64,000 nt of DNA from Octopus sinensis (lineage: Eukaryota). The notes beneath the pieces are model-generated. The model saw only the letters and a list, made by a program, of their open reading frames with translations, ran no database searches and had not been told where the DNA came from. Positions 38,400 through 51,332 of the stretch are shown one piece after another. Position 1 is the first letter of the stretch. Each line of letters opens with the position of its first letter. Where the stretch lies: NCBI RefSeq assembly GCF_006345805.1, contig NC_043003.1, positions 94,302,001 through 94,366,000 on the forward strand, in the 5' to 3' direction. Made by a program: the position numbers and the translations under genes.

Positions 38400-39100
38400 A
38401 TTTCACAAATACCGTCACCAGTTAGAACTTCACTGGGAGGGGTCGGCTTCAAATTTTCTTTATTTTTCTTTCCTTTTTTTTTGGTTGGCAGTGAGGAGGA
38501 GAGGACACGTTTTGTCTTTTCGCTCTTTTCCATGAGACCGTTTGGAAATCGATCTCCATTCCCTCCTCCTCAGAATGCTACTCTGTATCTGGCTCTACAA
38601 CTAACCGCGTCTCCGGTTCAACAACTGTCCAACAAACGCAGGTTCACTTCCGACCGAAGCCACATCCCTGTCTGAAGTCATGTCTCCATTTACTTTCTGT
38701 TTTGGGGGAGGGTCCCCCTCCTAGTTCTTTTTCGTTTTTCTTCCTTTTTTCTTTTTAGTTTCTGCGTTTTGTTTTTGATTTTCCTCGTTGGGAGACAAGC
38801 ACTCGGGTCTAAGGGCCCTTTTGTCCCGCACTCAAAGCACCGAGGCTTCCTCCCTTCAGCATTAACTTTTAGTACAGTTTCCTTAATAAATATTCTGTCA
38901 GGTACATTTTCTAAGTCACTGAGTACCAACATCTCGATGCTCTACCCCGACCAATTTTGGGATCGGAGCGTGTCACTTGTAGTATTTCAAATTTTTTCCT
39001 CTTGCTGGAACATAAGAGCGGTCACAACCCAAGCGTCCTCTGTCTGGGGTGGCACTCCTAAACTTTTCACTCAACTCTGAACTTTGAACTCATTCGAATC
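38400..39100 (-). pseudogene. L1/Tx1-clade ORF1 (gag-like zinc knuckle) fragment
   Basis: LGVPPQTEDAWVVTAL...VPDRIFIKETVLKVNAEGRKPRCFECGTKG, a degenerate CCHC knuckle followed by a Lys-rich tail. Confidence 0.75.
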
Positions 39101-39811
39101 GTTATTATTTATACTTTACTCGGACCTGTCTATCTCTCGCAAAGGGGTGTCGTAACTCTCATCACAGCAATAACAAAACATATGGAAGTACAGTTTTTAT
39201 CTTAAAGCATTGAATGTTTTGTTCTCTTTTCGATATTCCATTCCAAATTTTGTTATACCCCACATCTAAATATCAACAGGAAGATAAAGTTTTCATTCAT
39301 TAAGTTATGTTTATTAATGTGTTTTAGCGCGAGTTTATAACTTTGTAACCTTCTCGACCTGATATCTCATGAAATGACCAGTGACAATTTATTTACCATA
39401 TATTCATATATGTGCGTATGTGTATGTGTTTATGTATGTGTATGTATCTTGTAGACGGTCATAGACTGGTAAATGGGATAGAACGTTAAACTGAATAACA
39501 TCAGTACTTAGTACCTACAAGTTCTACATTCAAATTGTGCCAGAGCACTCTTGGTCTTCCATAACTACGCAGTTGATAAAATAATACGAGAAGTGTATTT
39601 GCGTTGATCCAACGGATTAATGATGCGTGTCAATGTATTAATCTAAGACATTATTGCAACTTGTCTTAGAAGTTTACACCGAAGTCTACAACGCAGTTTC
39701 AACATTCATTTGAAATACTTTTACGCTAGTTACGGTTTATAATTCCCTTGATAACAACGTTAATGAAAACCTACTTCTATAAAATGATTGACGTCAACAG
39801 AAACTGTCAAT

Positions 39812-40146
39812 GTTGTTGTTTAACTCCATATCAGTAACATTGGAGCAGGTCTATGATCAAAAGAGTCCCAGAAATGACTATTCAGTCTTTTATATAATCA
39901 GGACTACATTATTTAATGTATCTTTTTCTTTTTGTTCAGACACCAGTGAGTGATTTTTGGGAGATATTTCTTCCATTTCTACTAAGAAAACCGACCATTT
40001 TAAATGTTCCCTCGGTGATTTATTGATACTTATATTACCTGTGTTTTCCAAGCTGGCACCCAACTAAATACTAACCAAGCTGGACATTGCTAAATTTCGG
40101 TGATCAGAAGGAAGATGGCGTTCTCGGCGTGATATGATCATAATCT
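39812..40146 (-). mobile_element. Candidate 5S rRNA-headed SINE (SINE3): 5S-like head, about 200-bp body, (AAC)n tail
   Basis: The head is collinear with 5S rRNA. The element ends ...gatcatagacctgctcc...ggagttaaacaacaac. Confidence 0.55.
40027..40146 (-). pseudogene. Full-length degenerate 5S rRNA-derived sequence
   Basis: Minus strand gatcatatcacgccgagaacgcc..tctgatcaccgaaatttagcaatgtccagcttggttagtatttagttgggtgccagcttggaaaacacaggt aligns end to end with eukaryotic 5S rRNA as recalled (CCATATCACG...CTGATC...GAAGCTAAGCA...TGGTTAGTACTTGGATGGGAGACCGCCTGGGAATACCGGGT). Confidence 0.85.
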
Positions 40147-42544
40147 AGACAAAATAAGATATTGTTACTGGTGATTGACATTTGGCAAGATATAATCTGT
40201 TGGAATATTAAATACGTAACTAACTACAAGTAAAATTTATTATTGGAATGTTCATATTTAGTAGCCATGTAGAGATTTTGCTGTATTTGTGACCTTTGTA
40301 CAATATCTTTCTCATTACAGAAGTTGTAATGTCGTTTTTGCTATAATTAGAACTATCGTTCAGAAAAAGTCTATATCAATTAGCATTTCCTCTCAAGAAA
40401 ATTGCGCTACAGTGACATTTATATTTTTTCTGGAGACCATTTGTATAAGGAGTGTCATTGAACTATGACAAACGTTTGTGAACAATCGCCAGAAGTAGCA
40501 TTTAAATAGCATCAATGTGCGGAAAGAAAATAAGTACTAGTTAATATAATGGTCAAGTGGATTCAAATTCGGCCAAATAGAAATTCGATATTTTAAAAAA
40601 GAAAATAATTGTATTCAGTTGCTATCTCATAGTCTTCAGTTTTCTAATCTTAATATTTTCTAAAAACATTAGATTATTATTTCAAGGGTTAAAACATTTT
40701 AAAACGTCTTTATATTAAAGTATCACACTAGTATAAGATGCAATTAAAGGAAATAATGGCTGAGTCTTTATGGTTTGTTGCTCTAAGTTACTTATTTTCG
40801 ACTCTAAATTGCCTGTGGATCGACAACAAGAATCTTCAAGTAGCAACTCACATGAATTCAGTTTTGAATAGATAGCAACTCTATTTAGTTTCCAGAATAG
40901 TTTCAACAATACAATTTTAAGATTTAGTGTCAAAGAAGTAAGTTTCACGAGATATTGAATAAAGCTTTACAATTATTTAAAAAATTTCCCGAAGATTTGT
41001 AATATATCTATTGCTTCTTCCATTACTTTTATTTTCTCAAAGTATTAGGTAGTATAAAGGAAATATAACAATAAAAGATATACTACACTGTATTCTTTTT
41101 CACAGTGCCATATAATGTAAAAGGAAAGCAGAGATAACTTGAATGGAATTATGCCATTTTCAAGGAAGAGTAAACTTGTTAGTAGTAGTGTGTTTAACAA
41201 AATGGAGGGTGTGACTGAAATCTGCTAACAAGAATGATGAACCTATTTAAGAAAGAAATATTGTTTTATTTGTATATGCTGTGCAATGAAATGAGTACAA
41301 AATTGTCTCGTGTATCTCAAATTATTTAGTTACATCGCTTATCATACAGCATTTGAATATGAATTCTTAATTCATTTCTTACGTAAGAAAGTAATATGTT
41401 TAGAATGCCTCCTACAACTGTATGTATGACACTTATAAGTTTCAGTTTAATGAATTCAATTCCGAGGTCAGATTCCTCTCGTTGATAGAAATAATCGACA
41501 AGTGACACTTACATTACCTTCACCACATTCTGTTCGGCGACCAAACATTAGTTAATACTCTAGAAAGCCTTGTTGCAATTTATAGGGTAAAGAGAGATTA
41601 GCATTCATGTAGTACAGTACCATTTGGACACCCAGTCTTTGGTAACGTAACAGTGAGAGTTGAAAGTTATTTTTGTTGTCTATATGTTTGTGTAAGCGTT
41701 TGCATACGTCTTATGCTTGTTATCTTTTGTGTGTGTGAATAAATAACCACTAGGTTAGGCTTTTGACGAATTTCATGCACACGAATAAGATACGAATATA
41801 TTATGTTCTGATCACCAATCGTAATTTATGAAAAGGCAAACCGAATTTCCACGTAGTTTTGTGACAAGAAAGTTTCTGACATGAAAGTTGCCTTTGTTAT
41901 CTATATAGAAATGTTGTATAAACTCAAATAAATTTTATCCAGTTCCATTGACAAAGTTACCGTTATAACTGCTGTGATTGAGTAAGAAATTCGAAGCTAG
42001 GCACATTTAGCTAGTAACATTTCCTATGAGAAAAATTAACAATACACTTATCCATATTAATACTGTTATTCTCGGAAAGAAACTGACCCACTCCTCAGTA
42101 CTGATAAACTTTTTGATAGAGAAGCGCCATAGCGTTTGCCAAAATTCCGTACCAGGGATAAGTTATGAACCCAGTCCTCCTGGTGTATTTCAAATAGAAA
42201 ATAAATGAGAAGTAGTGGCAGAGATAATTGTTTTAAAGAGGTAACAGCAACATAGAAAAAAAATGTATTTGCTACCCATGACCGTATACAATCATGGAAG
42301 TATCCAGTCATATATCGTGGGCCGAGTACTGAACAAAAAAACGGGTTGTAAGTAAAATACATGAATATTTCCTGTAGAGGGCTCTACTGCTTCCTCTACC
42401 ATTGCCCTTTATATAATGGTGATTTCCAAAATAAACAAGAAATTATTGTAATGCGAAATACTTGATATTTGTCTCATACTGAGATCCAGAAAGATGAAAG
42501 GTCAATAGAGATGGGCAGATACATTCATTGAGAATGTAAACCTT

Positions 42545-42560
<16 letters not shown>

Positions 42561-42622
<62 letters not shown>
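42561..42622. repeat. (TA)n microsatellite
   Basis: Direct reading of the sequence. Confidence 0.98.
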
Positions 42623-42625
<3 letters not shown>

Positions 42626-43663
42626 AGGCATTTTGCCAATCATTCTGCTGGTCTATCCACTATTCTTTCTCTTTCTATACAATATCGTAATATTGAATTT
42701 TTATCCTTGTCTTATAATCATAAATGTATAATGTGTAACAAGACGTCAAAAATATTACATGAATGGTTATTTCATTTATTTAAAAGTTGGTTACTGATCT
42801 ATTATGTACAAAGGCATTTTATTATTGAGAAAAGAATTACAAAATGTATTGTTTGAGCTGTTTTAACAGACATTAATGAGTGAAGAGAAATAAGTCCAAC
42901 TGTGTCGTATTCTGTTTTGAGCAGCGAGTTACCTACCTTCTGCTAAATGAACTAGCTCATTTTCGTAGGTTCTATCAGCGCATTTTCAGCCGGTTGACTA
43001 GCAAAGTAGGGGATAAGATGCAAACGTCCGACGTCTCAGCTGATATTTCCTTGCACTTTCCACGTTCGCATGTATTATGTAATAAAGATGAGTTGATTGC
43101 ATTGGTGTTTTTGAGTGGCAACATTGGCAGACTACCCAGTCGACGCAGTATGTTTAACCTTCTATCAACCAGCTAGCCAATTAGAAAGTTTTAAAAAGTA
43201 CAGCGAAAACAAATTAATACAGAAAACAGCTTGTGTAAAAGATAGACTGGGTGAAAAATTAAATATAAATCAAAGAAATAATTATGTATGTTGCAAAACA
43301 TCTGTTGGATGACCTGCGTACCGGTGTTTTTGAATCTGACTTCAGAATGAAATTTAATTATGTAATTAGTTGTTTTAATGATTCAGCAAATAAGCTGCTT
43401 TGAGGATGTTTACTTCTTGTCAGAAAACTACGTGGAAATTCGGTCTGCCTTCTCATAAATTACGATTGGTGATCTGAATATAATATCTTATTCGTGTATA
43501 TGAAATAATTCAACAGCTTAACCTAGTGGTTATTTCTTCACACGCACAAAAGATAGCAAGCATAAGACACACGCATAGGCTTACACAAACATATGTGTAA
43601 CATATCAATGATATATGTGTATGTGTATATTTGTATATATAGCTTTATGAATTACATATAAAT

Positions 43664-43706
<43 letters not shown>

Positions 43707-43934
43707 GGGGGGGCGTGCCTGCTTGTGCTATATACAGAGGCGCTCCCTTAGACTTTTCCCAGGAAGTAGGAACAAGGGTAACAATTGTGAATGTGAACAG
43801 AATACGCCACCAGTTTCCCAGAATTAGGAATAACGAGAAACTTGTAGGAAACATTCGCGAACAAAAATTTTTAAAATGACATAAGTGATGCAAAAGAATA
43901 AATGCATGCTTTGTTATATCAGTTTCCTTGTTTT

Positions 43935-45090
43935 ACACTTTAGAAGGTTCGTTGTAGAATTGCAAGCGATTTGATGAAATCTCTATAAATGATTTTTTGA
44001 ATAAGTTCATACCTGTAATCTATTTGTTTATCACTCGTGTACAATGCTGATAACTGCTTATCTGACATTGTTGACGTTAAACAGGTTTTTTACTCTTCGC
44101 ATATTGCTCTTCGGTTATAAAAGCAATAGGTGTTGAAATAATAACAGCAGCTAGTCGAACAGATGGGAGTTGATCAGTGTGTTCAAGTAATTCCTGAAGT
44201 CTGTGTTCACATCCATCCTCTGGTTTTCGAGTTTCTCTCTTTCTAACCAGATTTTAAGCCAAGTAACTGCCTCAGCTTCTGCGTTTTCAATTTGATACAA
44301 ATTAATGACGTATGCACACGTCTCAATAAATTATTCCTTTGTGAGCTTTTGAAGTTTTAGTAAATGAAGTGAATAAAGACGGTAAATGTGATACAAAGAC
44401 TATCTGCAAACATCTTCTATAGCTCAACCATTAAAATTGGAACGAAATGCCTGCCGATCACACTGCCTGGTAAGGGGTAGCTCAAAGCCTAATTTTTCCG
44501 TCAGTTGTTTGACTTTCAAAATGATTTTCTTGAATTCCTCCTCTGTTTTTTCTCTGCGGCCATTGAACCAATTTCAGCGCTTCTAGACATAATTATACAA
44601 TTTCACTACATCAAGCAGTAAAACATGTAGAGCTTCTATTATCGATTTCAGTTGTACTGAATACTTTGAAATTATAATTAGACAGACGAGAAAATTTGCT
44701 GTACGCTAAGTTCTATCGGATGAGCTACTTGGCGTGTTTTACCTTAAGCTGTATTGGCCAGTATATATCACTTAGCTATAATCTTCGAAAACGAAATGAA
44801 GAATACTCTTACAATTTTACATTTTGCAGTCCTACTTGTTCCATTTAATAGTGACACACTATAACGTCCAGGGTAAAGTCATTATATTTTGACCGTGGCA
44901 ATAGAAATTCATATCTGTGAAATTGCATTGAGGTCGTTTTCAAGATTTACTTTATGCACAGCAAAAAGAACTCGGGTAATTTTAGGATCTTTGCAACATA
45001 CCTAATTATTTTAGCTTGCCCAACAACGTGACTTCATGTCATTGTCCTGTCATATCTTTGGTCACATAGTTTGGTACAGTCAGATTTAAC
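43935..45090 (-). pseudogene. hAT transposase relic (ZMYM1/THAP12-like group)
   Basis: Across frameshifts: DQRYD (GQGYD-like), HKVNL..DLN.I, TEEEFKKIILKVKQLTEKLGFELPLTRQCDRQAFRSN, LYQIENAEAEAVTWLKIW, and RRVKTCLTSTMSDKQLSAL (hATC dimerisation motif). Confidence 0.85.
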
Positions 45091-45399
45091 ACATATTTCT
45101 AAATTCATCAATGAATGCATTGACAATAAAGACAGAACACACGCTCGCGCGCTCAAACACGTGCACACACACACCTTCCCACACACGTACACACACATTT
45201 ATATACACACATAAATATGTATATGTGCTTGTCTGCGTGTGGCTTTTGTGTTTGTTTGTCTCGTATTTAAGTGGTTCGATAGGAAGATCAATAAAATAAG
45301 CACAAGACTTAAAATAAGTCATCCAATAAACGAAACCAGTAAAAGAATATCAGTATAAGTACTTTCTAGTGGTTATGAGTTGTTTTGACCTTTGTTGAC

Positions 45400-45587
45400 A
45401 AGGATAGACATAGGTATTAAGTCGATTACATCGACCCCAGTGCGTAACTGGTACTTAATTTATCGACCCCGAAAGGACGAAAGGCAAAGTCGACCTCGGC
45501 GGAATTCGAACTCACAACGTAACGCAGACGAAATACCGCTAAGCATTTCGCCCAGCGTGCTAACATTTCTGCCAGCTCGCCGCCTTT
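45400..45587 (-). mobile_element. SINE family A, well preserved
   Basis: B box gagttcgaattcc, head aaggcggcgagctggcagaa. Confidence 0.93.
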
Positions 45588-45764
45588 AAATATAGAATAT
45601 ATATACCAATTCACATTTGAGCTTTTTGTTGTATGCTACTTTGTCTCTGTTATATGATTTATGACTTTTGAAAGACGAATATCTTTATACCGAGGTCTAT
45701 TTTATATCTATTTTTTACACCTGCCTTTTAAAAACTTCTGCATATTTGCGTGTATGTGTACGTG

Positions 45765-45895
45765 CGTATGTATGTATGTATGTATGTATGTATGTATGTA
45801 TGTATGTATGTATGTATGTATGTATGTATGTATGTATGTATGTATGTATGTATGTGTATATGTATGTATGTATGTATGTATGTATTATGTATGTA
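45765..45895. repeat. (TATG)n microsatellite
   Basis: Direct reading of the sequence. Confidence 0.97.
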
Positions 45896-47231
45896 TGTGC
45901 GTGTGTGTGTATGTGTCTGAATGTGTGTATATGAGCGTATGTGTTTTATAAACACGCTCGTGGATTTGAGGCTGAGAAACGATCGATTGGATAAGAAGTC
46001 CGCTTGCAATCACGAGCACTCGAGCTCGAGACCGCTGTCAGTCATTTTGGTATGTGTCCTCTCTTGTAGGTTTGAGTGGACCCAACACTCATAAAGAAAG
46101 GAAACTAGGTTGAAGGAAACGAGATCATTACCTGAAATTCAACAGTACTGCTTTATAACACGCTGTGCTATGCTGATATTGCCAAGGGATATCGTTCTTT
46201 CACAACCGCTGAGAGATCAGCGCCTCGTATACATCTATTTCTACTGGGATGCGTCTGTAACGGAACACTAAGCCACCGAATGACCCAAATCATTTAGTGG
46301 TAAATATATAACGCTAGGAATGAACAACATTCCGCTAAATGCACATCAGAGTTGACAATGATCCTTTATTTTTCAGCATCAACTTCTGTTAATGGAAAAT
46401 CGAATGTAATTTTTCCTTGAATCATTAGCTGAAAAACAGTTCTTTATTGGTGATCCTCCATCAGCAGCAGAGTTCCAGTACTCTAATGATAACGATTGTA
46501 TACATAGAACTATATTTATTCACTGATATTATGTCTCATTATCTGTATTCGCGCTAGGAAAAAAAATATAAATTACAGAAAGAAAATATTGTGAAAGAAG
46601 AAACACAAGTGTGTGTTGTGAAGGAAAAGAAAGGTATTGCTTTCCGATGAGTTTTTGAAATATGATAATTCTCATCTAAAGCTGGAAATGATTTCTACAT
46701 CAGAATTGAACCTTTGAATGAATTCCGATATAAGAATTGCTTTGAAGTTCGTGCATATATCATCACAGCTCATAAAAGAATCAAGTAAGTATTTTATTTT
46801 TTCTATTCAATGCTTGTATAAAGCTTACTTTACAGAAGCGTTGACATTAGCTACGACATAAAACAATGATTCATAATTCATTCAGTTCACAGAGAGAAAA
46901 ACGAAATACAGTTCGCGATTTCCACTTTCATCAATGTGATATATCACCTCGTGTATACATACAATATTTGTTGCTTTGTAATTCACTATCAAATGATCAG
47001 AGACATACAGTTTAATTACCATCTTAAAACTTATCCGATTATTTACAACTGGAAGTTGAGATATACTATAGTAAGTATAATAATTGGAATAATACTTCAT
47101 ATATATCCAATCATGTTTCTGTTATTTAGAGGAATTGAAGCAAGCAAGTAAGTAATTCTACTCTTCTAGTCAGAATGGAGTCAGAATAAATGCCATTATT
47201 TCTTCCAGCGTTACTTTCTGTGTTCAAATAC

Positions 47232-47646
47232 CTATTTCTTTACTACCCACAAGGGGCTAAACACATAGGAGACAAACAAGGACAGACAGGTGGATTAAAT
47301 CGATTAGATCGATCCCAGTGCGTAACTGGTACTTAATTTATTGACCCCGAAAGGATGAAAGGCAAAGTCGTCCTCAGCGGAATTTGAACTCAGAACGTAA
47401 CGGCAGACGAAATACCTATTTTATTACCCACATGGGGCTAAACACAGAGAGGAAAAACAAGGACAGACTGACGGATTAAGTCGATTAGATCGACCCCAGT
47501 GCGTAACTGTTACTTAATTTATCGACCCCGAAAGGATGAAAGGCAAAGTCGACCTCGGCGGAATTTGAACTCAGAACGTAACGGCAGACGAAATACCGCT
47601 AAGCATTTCGCCCGGCGTGCTAACATCTCTGCCAGCTCGCCGCCTT
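47232..47646 (-). mobile_element. Tandem dimer of SINE family A (long-tail variant)
   Basis: The unit tatt...ctacccaca.ggggctaaacaca...gacgaaatacc occurs twice; only the right unit keeps the 5' head. Confidence 0.93.
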
Positions 47647-48290
47647 TCAAATACCACCTTGGTCAACTTATCCTCTCGAGGTCGATAAAATAAGGTAACA
47701 GTTAATTAACTGGCATCCCTTCTTTCAAAGCTGCTCTTCTTTTGCCAAACTTAGGAATCATTATTTTAGAGGGTTGCCTAAACACGTACTAAACTACTAC
47801 ATGGTCCTTTCGTGCCCTAACGGAAGGTCACCTGTTTGAAGATGACTTTTGTCTTTTCTCCCACCAATGACGGAGTTCCTTCAAAGGGCCAAGAGATTTG
47901 TATTTAAACTAAAGAGGCCAGCTGTAACTCGCAGATGACTATGGTAATATGTACCATGCTTTTGCAAATTGTCTTCGGTTCCGACATAGTCAGTAACCAA
48001 CATAAACACCGTCTCGACACTCCCACCCTTTGACCCAATGGCACATACAGGATGTGAGATCGTTGTCACACACTGTCACACATTGTGTCTGACAAATTGT
48101 GCCTGAGAATTACGTTAAGAGTACACGTGGCTGAGTACTCATATTCAACGAACCGAGATCCACCAGCCCCCACCACCTCCATAACTACACACATGTATGT
48201 GCGTATATCTATATATACATTCATACATACACATACACTCACACACACACACACACCACACACACACACATATATGTATATATATATATA

Positions 48291-48388
48291 TAATTGTTAA
48301 AGAAGACAACAAACGTTAAGGCAAGGAAAAGGTATATGACTTTAGATGTTTGCCTTGCCTTGACGTTTGCTGTCCTCTTTACGAATTA
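48291..48388. repeat. 28-bp near-perfect hairpin with 26-nt loop, abutting a (TA)n tract
   Basis: aaagaagacaacaaacgttaaggcaagg / ccttgccttgacgtttgctgtcctcttt. Confidence 0.9.
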
Positions 48389-48514
48389 TATATCCGCTAT
48401 ATCGGAAATCTGCAGTCGGTCCATAACTACCGTCTCGGCTATAACCTTGGAACCCTACTAATCTGTTACAGCACCTACCTAGCGTAGCTAATCATTTAGA
48501 ACCCCCATACTTAG

Positions 48515-48552
48515 CATACATACATACATACATACATACATACATACATACA

Positions 48553-48586
<34 letters not shown>

Positions 48587-48606
48587 GATAGATAGATAGA
48601 TAGATA
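48515..48606. repeat. (CATA)n-(GATA)n microsatellite
   Basis: Direct reading of the sequence. Confidence 0.97.
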
Positions 48607-48939
48607 ATTCAATATAATTTGGGTAAAAACTGGTAGTGCGCTATGCAAGGCCATCCACAGAAAGCCTTATTGAAACATATTTTGTGTCTTCGATGATTGA
48701 CAGTCATTAGGTAACATGTTAATTATATTACCATACCATGAACTACGAGCGTACCGAGTTTTGGAAACAATTGTATCGATATAAAAGAATGTCGTTCATT
48801 TCCTTTTCTCTCACTCTCTCTCTATATATATCTATCTATCTGAGTATATATATAATATACATACATACATATATATATATATATGTTATTTGGTATTAAA
48901 CCATTGTTGGTAGTTAAAGTAGTTCCTATTTAATATTAG

Positions 48940-49100
48940 TTTAAAGTTTTGACATAAGGCCGTTCTTATTTTATCGCCCCCGAAACGGGTGAAAGGCGAA
49001 GTCGACCTCGGCGCAATTTGAACTCAGAGCATAAAAACGAATGAAATGTCGCTAAGTATTTTTTCTGGTATGCTTACGATTCTGCCTGCTCGTCACCATT
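48940..49100 (-). mobile_element. SINE family A
   Basis: ttttatcgcccccgaaacgggtgaaaggcgaagtcgacctcggcgcaatttgaactcag. Confidence 0.85.
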
Positions 49101-49514
49101 TTTGTGCTATTTAATATTGAAAAGAAGAAAATGCTAAGGAGACAACACTATCAACTAAAGACTAAAAGAAAGTTAAATCAATAACTGAATATGCCATTCA
49201 AAGCCTTATCATTTTACATGTAAACATCTCGCTTCTACTCTAAAACGAAGACAGGTGTTATCAAGTCCAAACGAATTACCTTACTTTCAATTACTTACTC
49301 ATTGATACAAAGAACATCACAACTATTAAACGAGCAGTAACAATTACCTAGACACAGACTTCTTCGGCTTATGTCGGTGTTGCATACATAAATAGTGATA
49401 TATTTAAGGGGAATATATAAACATGAGACAGATAATTGGTAGTTTTGTCAGACTGTGGGAAAGAATGAATACCTTGCCGCTTCGACTTGTCTTCGGTAAC
49501 TAAAGCACCAGTCT

Positions 49515-49517
<3 letters not shown>

Positions 49518-49554
<37 letters not shown>

Positions 49555-49684
49555 TTCTCTTTCTCTCTCTCTCCTACCTTCCTCTCTTCTTCTCTTTCTA
49601 TCTCGTAGTTTTTCTTTTTTTTAATTCCTCAATTTCAGTATTGTTGCATATCTTTTAGAAATTTTGTTTTTCCCGTATCTCTTA

Positions 49685-49770
<86 letters not shown>
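49518..49770. repeat. (CT)n tracts
   Basis: Direct reading of the sequence. Confidence 0.95.
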
Positions 49771-49773
<3 letters not shown>

Positions 49774-49821
49774 ACACATACACATACACGCACTCATATA
49801 CACACTCACAAACTCTCTCTC

Positions 49822-50267
49822 TCCGAAGCCTTGTGAGTGGATTTGTTAGATCGAAACTGAAAGAAGCCCGTCGTATATAGGCGTGGCTGCGTGGTAAGTA
49901 GCTTGCTAACCAACCACATGGTTCCGGGTTCAGTCCCACTGCGTGGCATCTTCGGCAAGTGTCTTCTGCTATAGCCTCGGGCCGACCAATGCCTTATGAG
50001 TGGATTTGGTAAACGGAAACTGAAAGAAGCCTGTCGTATATATGTATATGTATGTGTGTGTTTGTGTGTCTGTTTGTCCCCCTAGCATTGCTTGACAACC
50101 GATGCTGGTGTGTTTATGTCCCCGTTAATTAGCGGTTCGGCAAAAGAGACCGATAGAATAAGTACTGGGCTTATAAAGAATAAGTCCCGGGGTCGATTTG
50201 CTCGACTAAAGGCGGTGGTCCAGCATGACCCCAGTCAAATGACTGAAACAAGTAAAAGAGTGAAAGA

Positions 50268-50316
<49 letters not shown>

Positions 50317-50500
50317 TGTATGTGTGTATGTATGTGTGTATGTATGTATGTGTGTGTGTGTGTGTTTGTTTCTGTGTTTCTTCCCCATATCCACTTGCCA
50401 ACCACTTTTGGGGTGTTTACATCCCTGTAACTTAGCGGTTCGGCAAAAGAAATCGCTAGAATAAGTACTAGGCTTTAAAAAATCCTGGAGTCGATTTGTG
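49822..50500 (+). mobile_element. Cluster of SINE family B: internal fragment, near-full copy (49880-50270) and 3' fragment (50330-50500)
   Basis: Family B head, CORE-like segment and tail are repeated. Confidence 0.9.
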
Positions 50501-50562
50501 TGTGTGTGTGTATGTGTGTGTGTGTGCGTGTGTGTGTATGTGTGTGTGTGTGCGTGTGTGTG

Positions 50563-51332
50563 TGTGCAAGGTGCATTCCAGAGGATTATAGATTTTTTCA
50601 GGAGAGGCATTTATTAATTGCTAAGGTAGGACTTCGTGAATTCAGTGTACTTGATGTAGCACTCCAGCCATTTTGTGAAGGCCTCATGGACGTCCTTCAA
50701 AGGTGGCCAGGACTATTGGAAGCAAGGTCTGTATTACAGGGAGGGTGAGCGACAGTTTTGGTGCCTATCTCTGTCAAGTAGTTGGTTTCTAGGGTGGAAT
50801 TGTGAACTGGTCCATTGTTCCCTGTTCACGAAGTCTGGCTTTTGTGACGAAATTTCTTCTTGAAATCTGTCAAAAAGTACTCTTTGATGATCGTCAGAAA
50901 TGGAAGGAAACCCAGTAGATTCAGATGATGTCTTTGCTGTCGAAAAAGGAAATCCCCATGGACTTCCCGGTGGTGTTCTTTTACCTGGCATCTTGAGCCA
51001 GCGACAAACGAGCTGGTTCATTCAAATTAATCCATTAGCAACCAGAAGCATTTCATAAGTTTCTGTAGCATTTTTGTCCTGTTTCACACAAAGCTTTATT
51101 GCAAATTGTCTTCACGTACCGACAGCATTCTATAAACTAGTCAGCTAAGAAAGGCAGTGTTTAGCACGGTGTGTTCACAATGTTGTCTCATGCATTTAGG
51201 AATAAAACAAAGTTGGCAGGTCAGCTTTATTACATGTATAGTAATGTTATACTAAAATTATTATCATCTAAGACAGTTGTAAGTGCCTCTCCGAAAAAAA
51301 GTTTCGAAACTTCTGGAATGTACCATGCATAT
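50563..51332 (-). mobile_element. Internally deleted mariner with both TIRs
   Basis: TIRs tgca.ggt.cattccaga.g.tt...tttttt..gagaggca.tta at 50563-50615 and 51282-51332. Relic peptides FAIKLCVKQDKNATETYEML, GKSMGISFFDSKD, NGPVHNS, VAHPPCNTDLAS and FTKWLECY. Confidence 0.85.

Noticed and set aside
40027-40146. Functional 5S rRNA gene
   Set aside because: Too many substitutions, no T-run terminator and no tandem array. Called a pseudogene or SINE head instead.
40757-40937. Short signal-peptide-like ORF and a possible 42-nt exon ending at gtaagt
   Set aside because: No recognisable protein and no consistent reading frame linking the pieces.
41326-41508. 60-codon ORF with protein-like composition
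   Set aside because: No recognisable domain or splice support, and the length is within chance expectation.
42880-43312. Two overlapping ORFs in slightly GC-richer unique DNA
   Set aside because: No motif recognised. It cannot be called coding or regulatory from sequence alone.
46575-46790. Cys-rich peptide (KYCERRNTSVCCEGKERYC) and a downstream donor site
   Set aside because: Stops in all frames between the motif and the donor; similarity to somatomedin-B-like domains is too weak.
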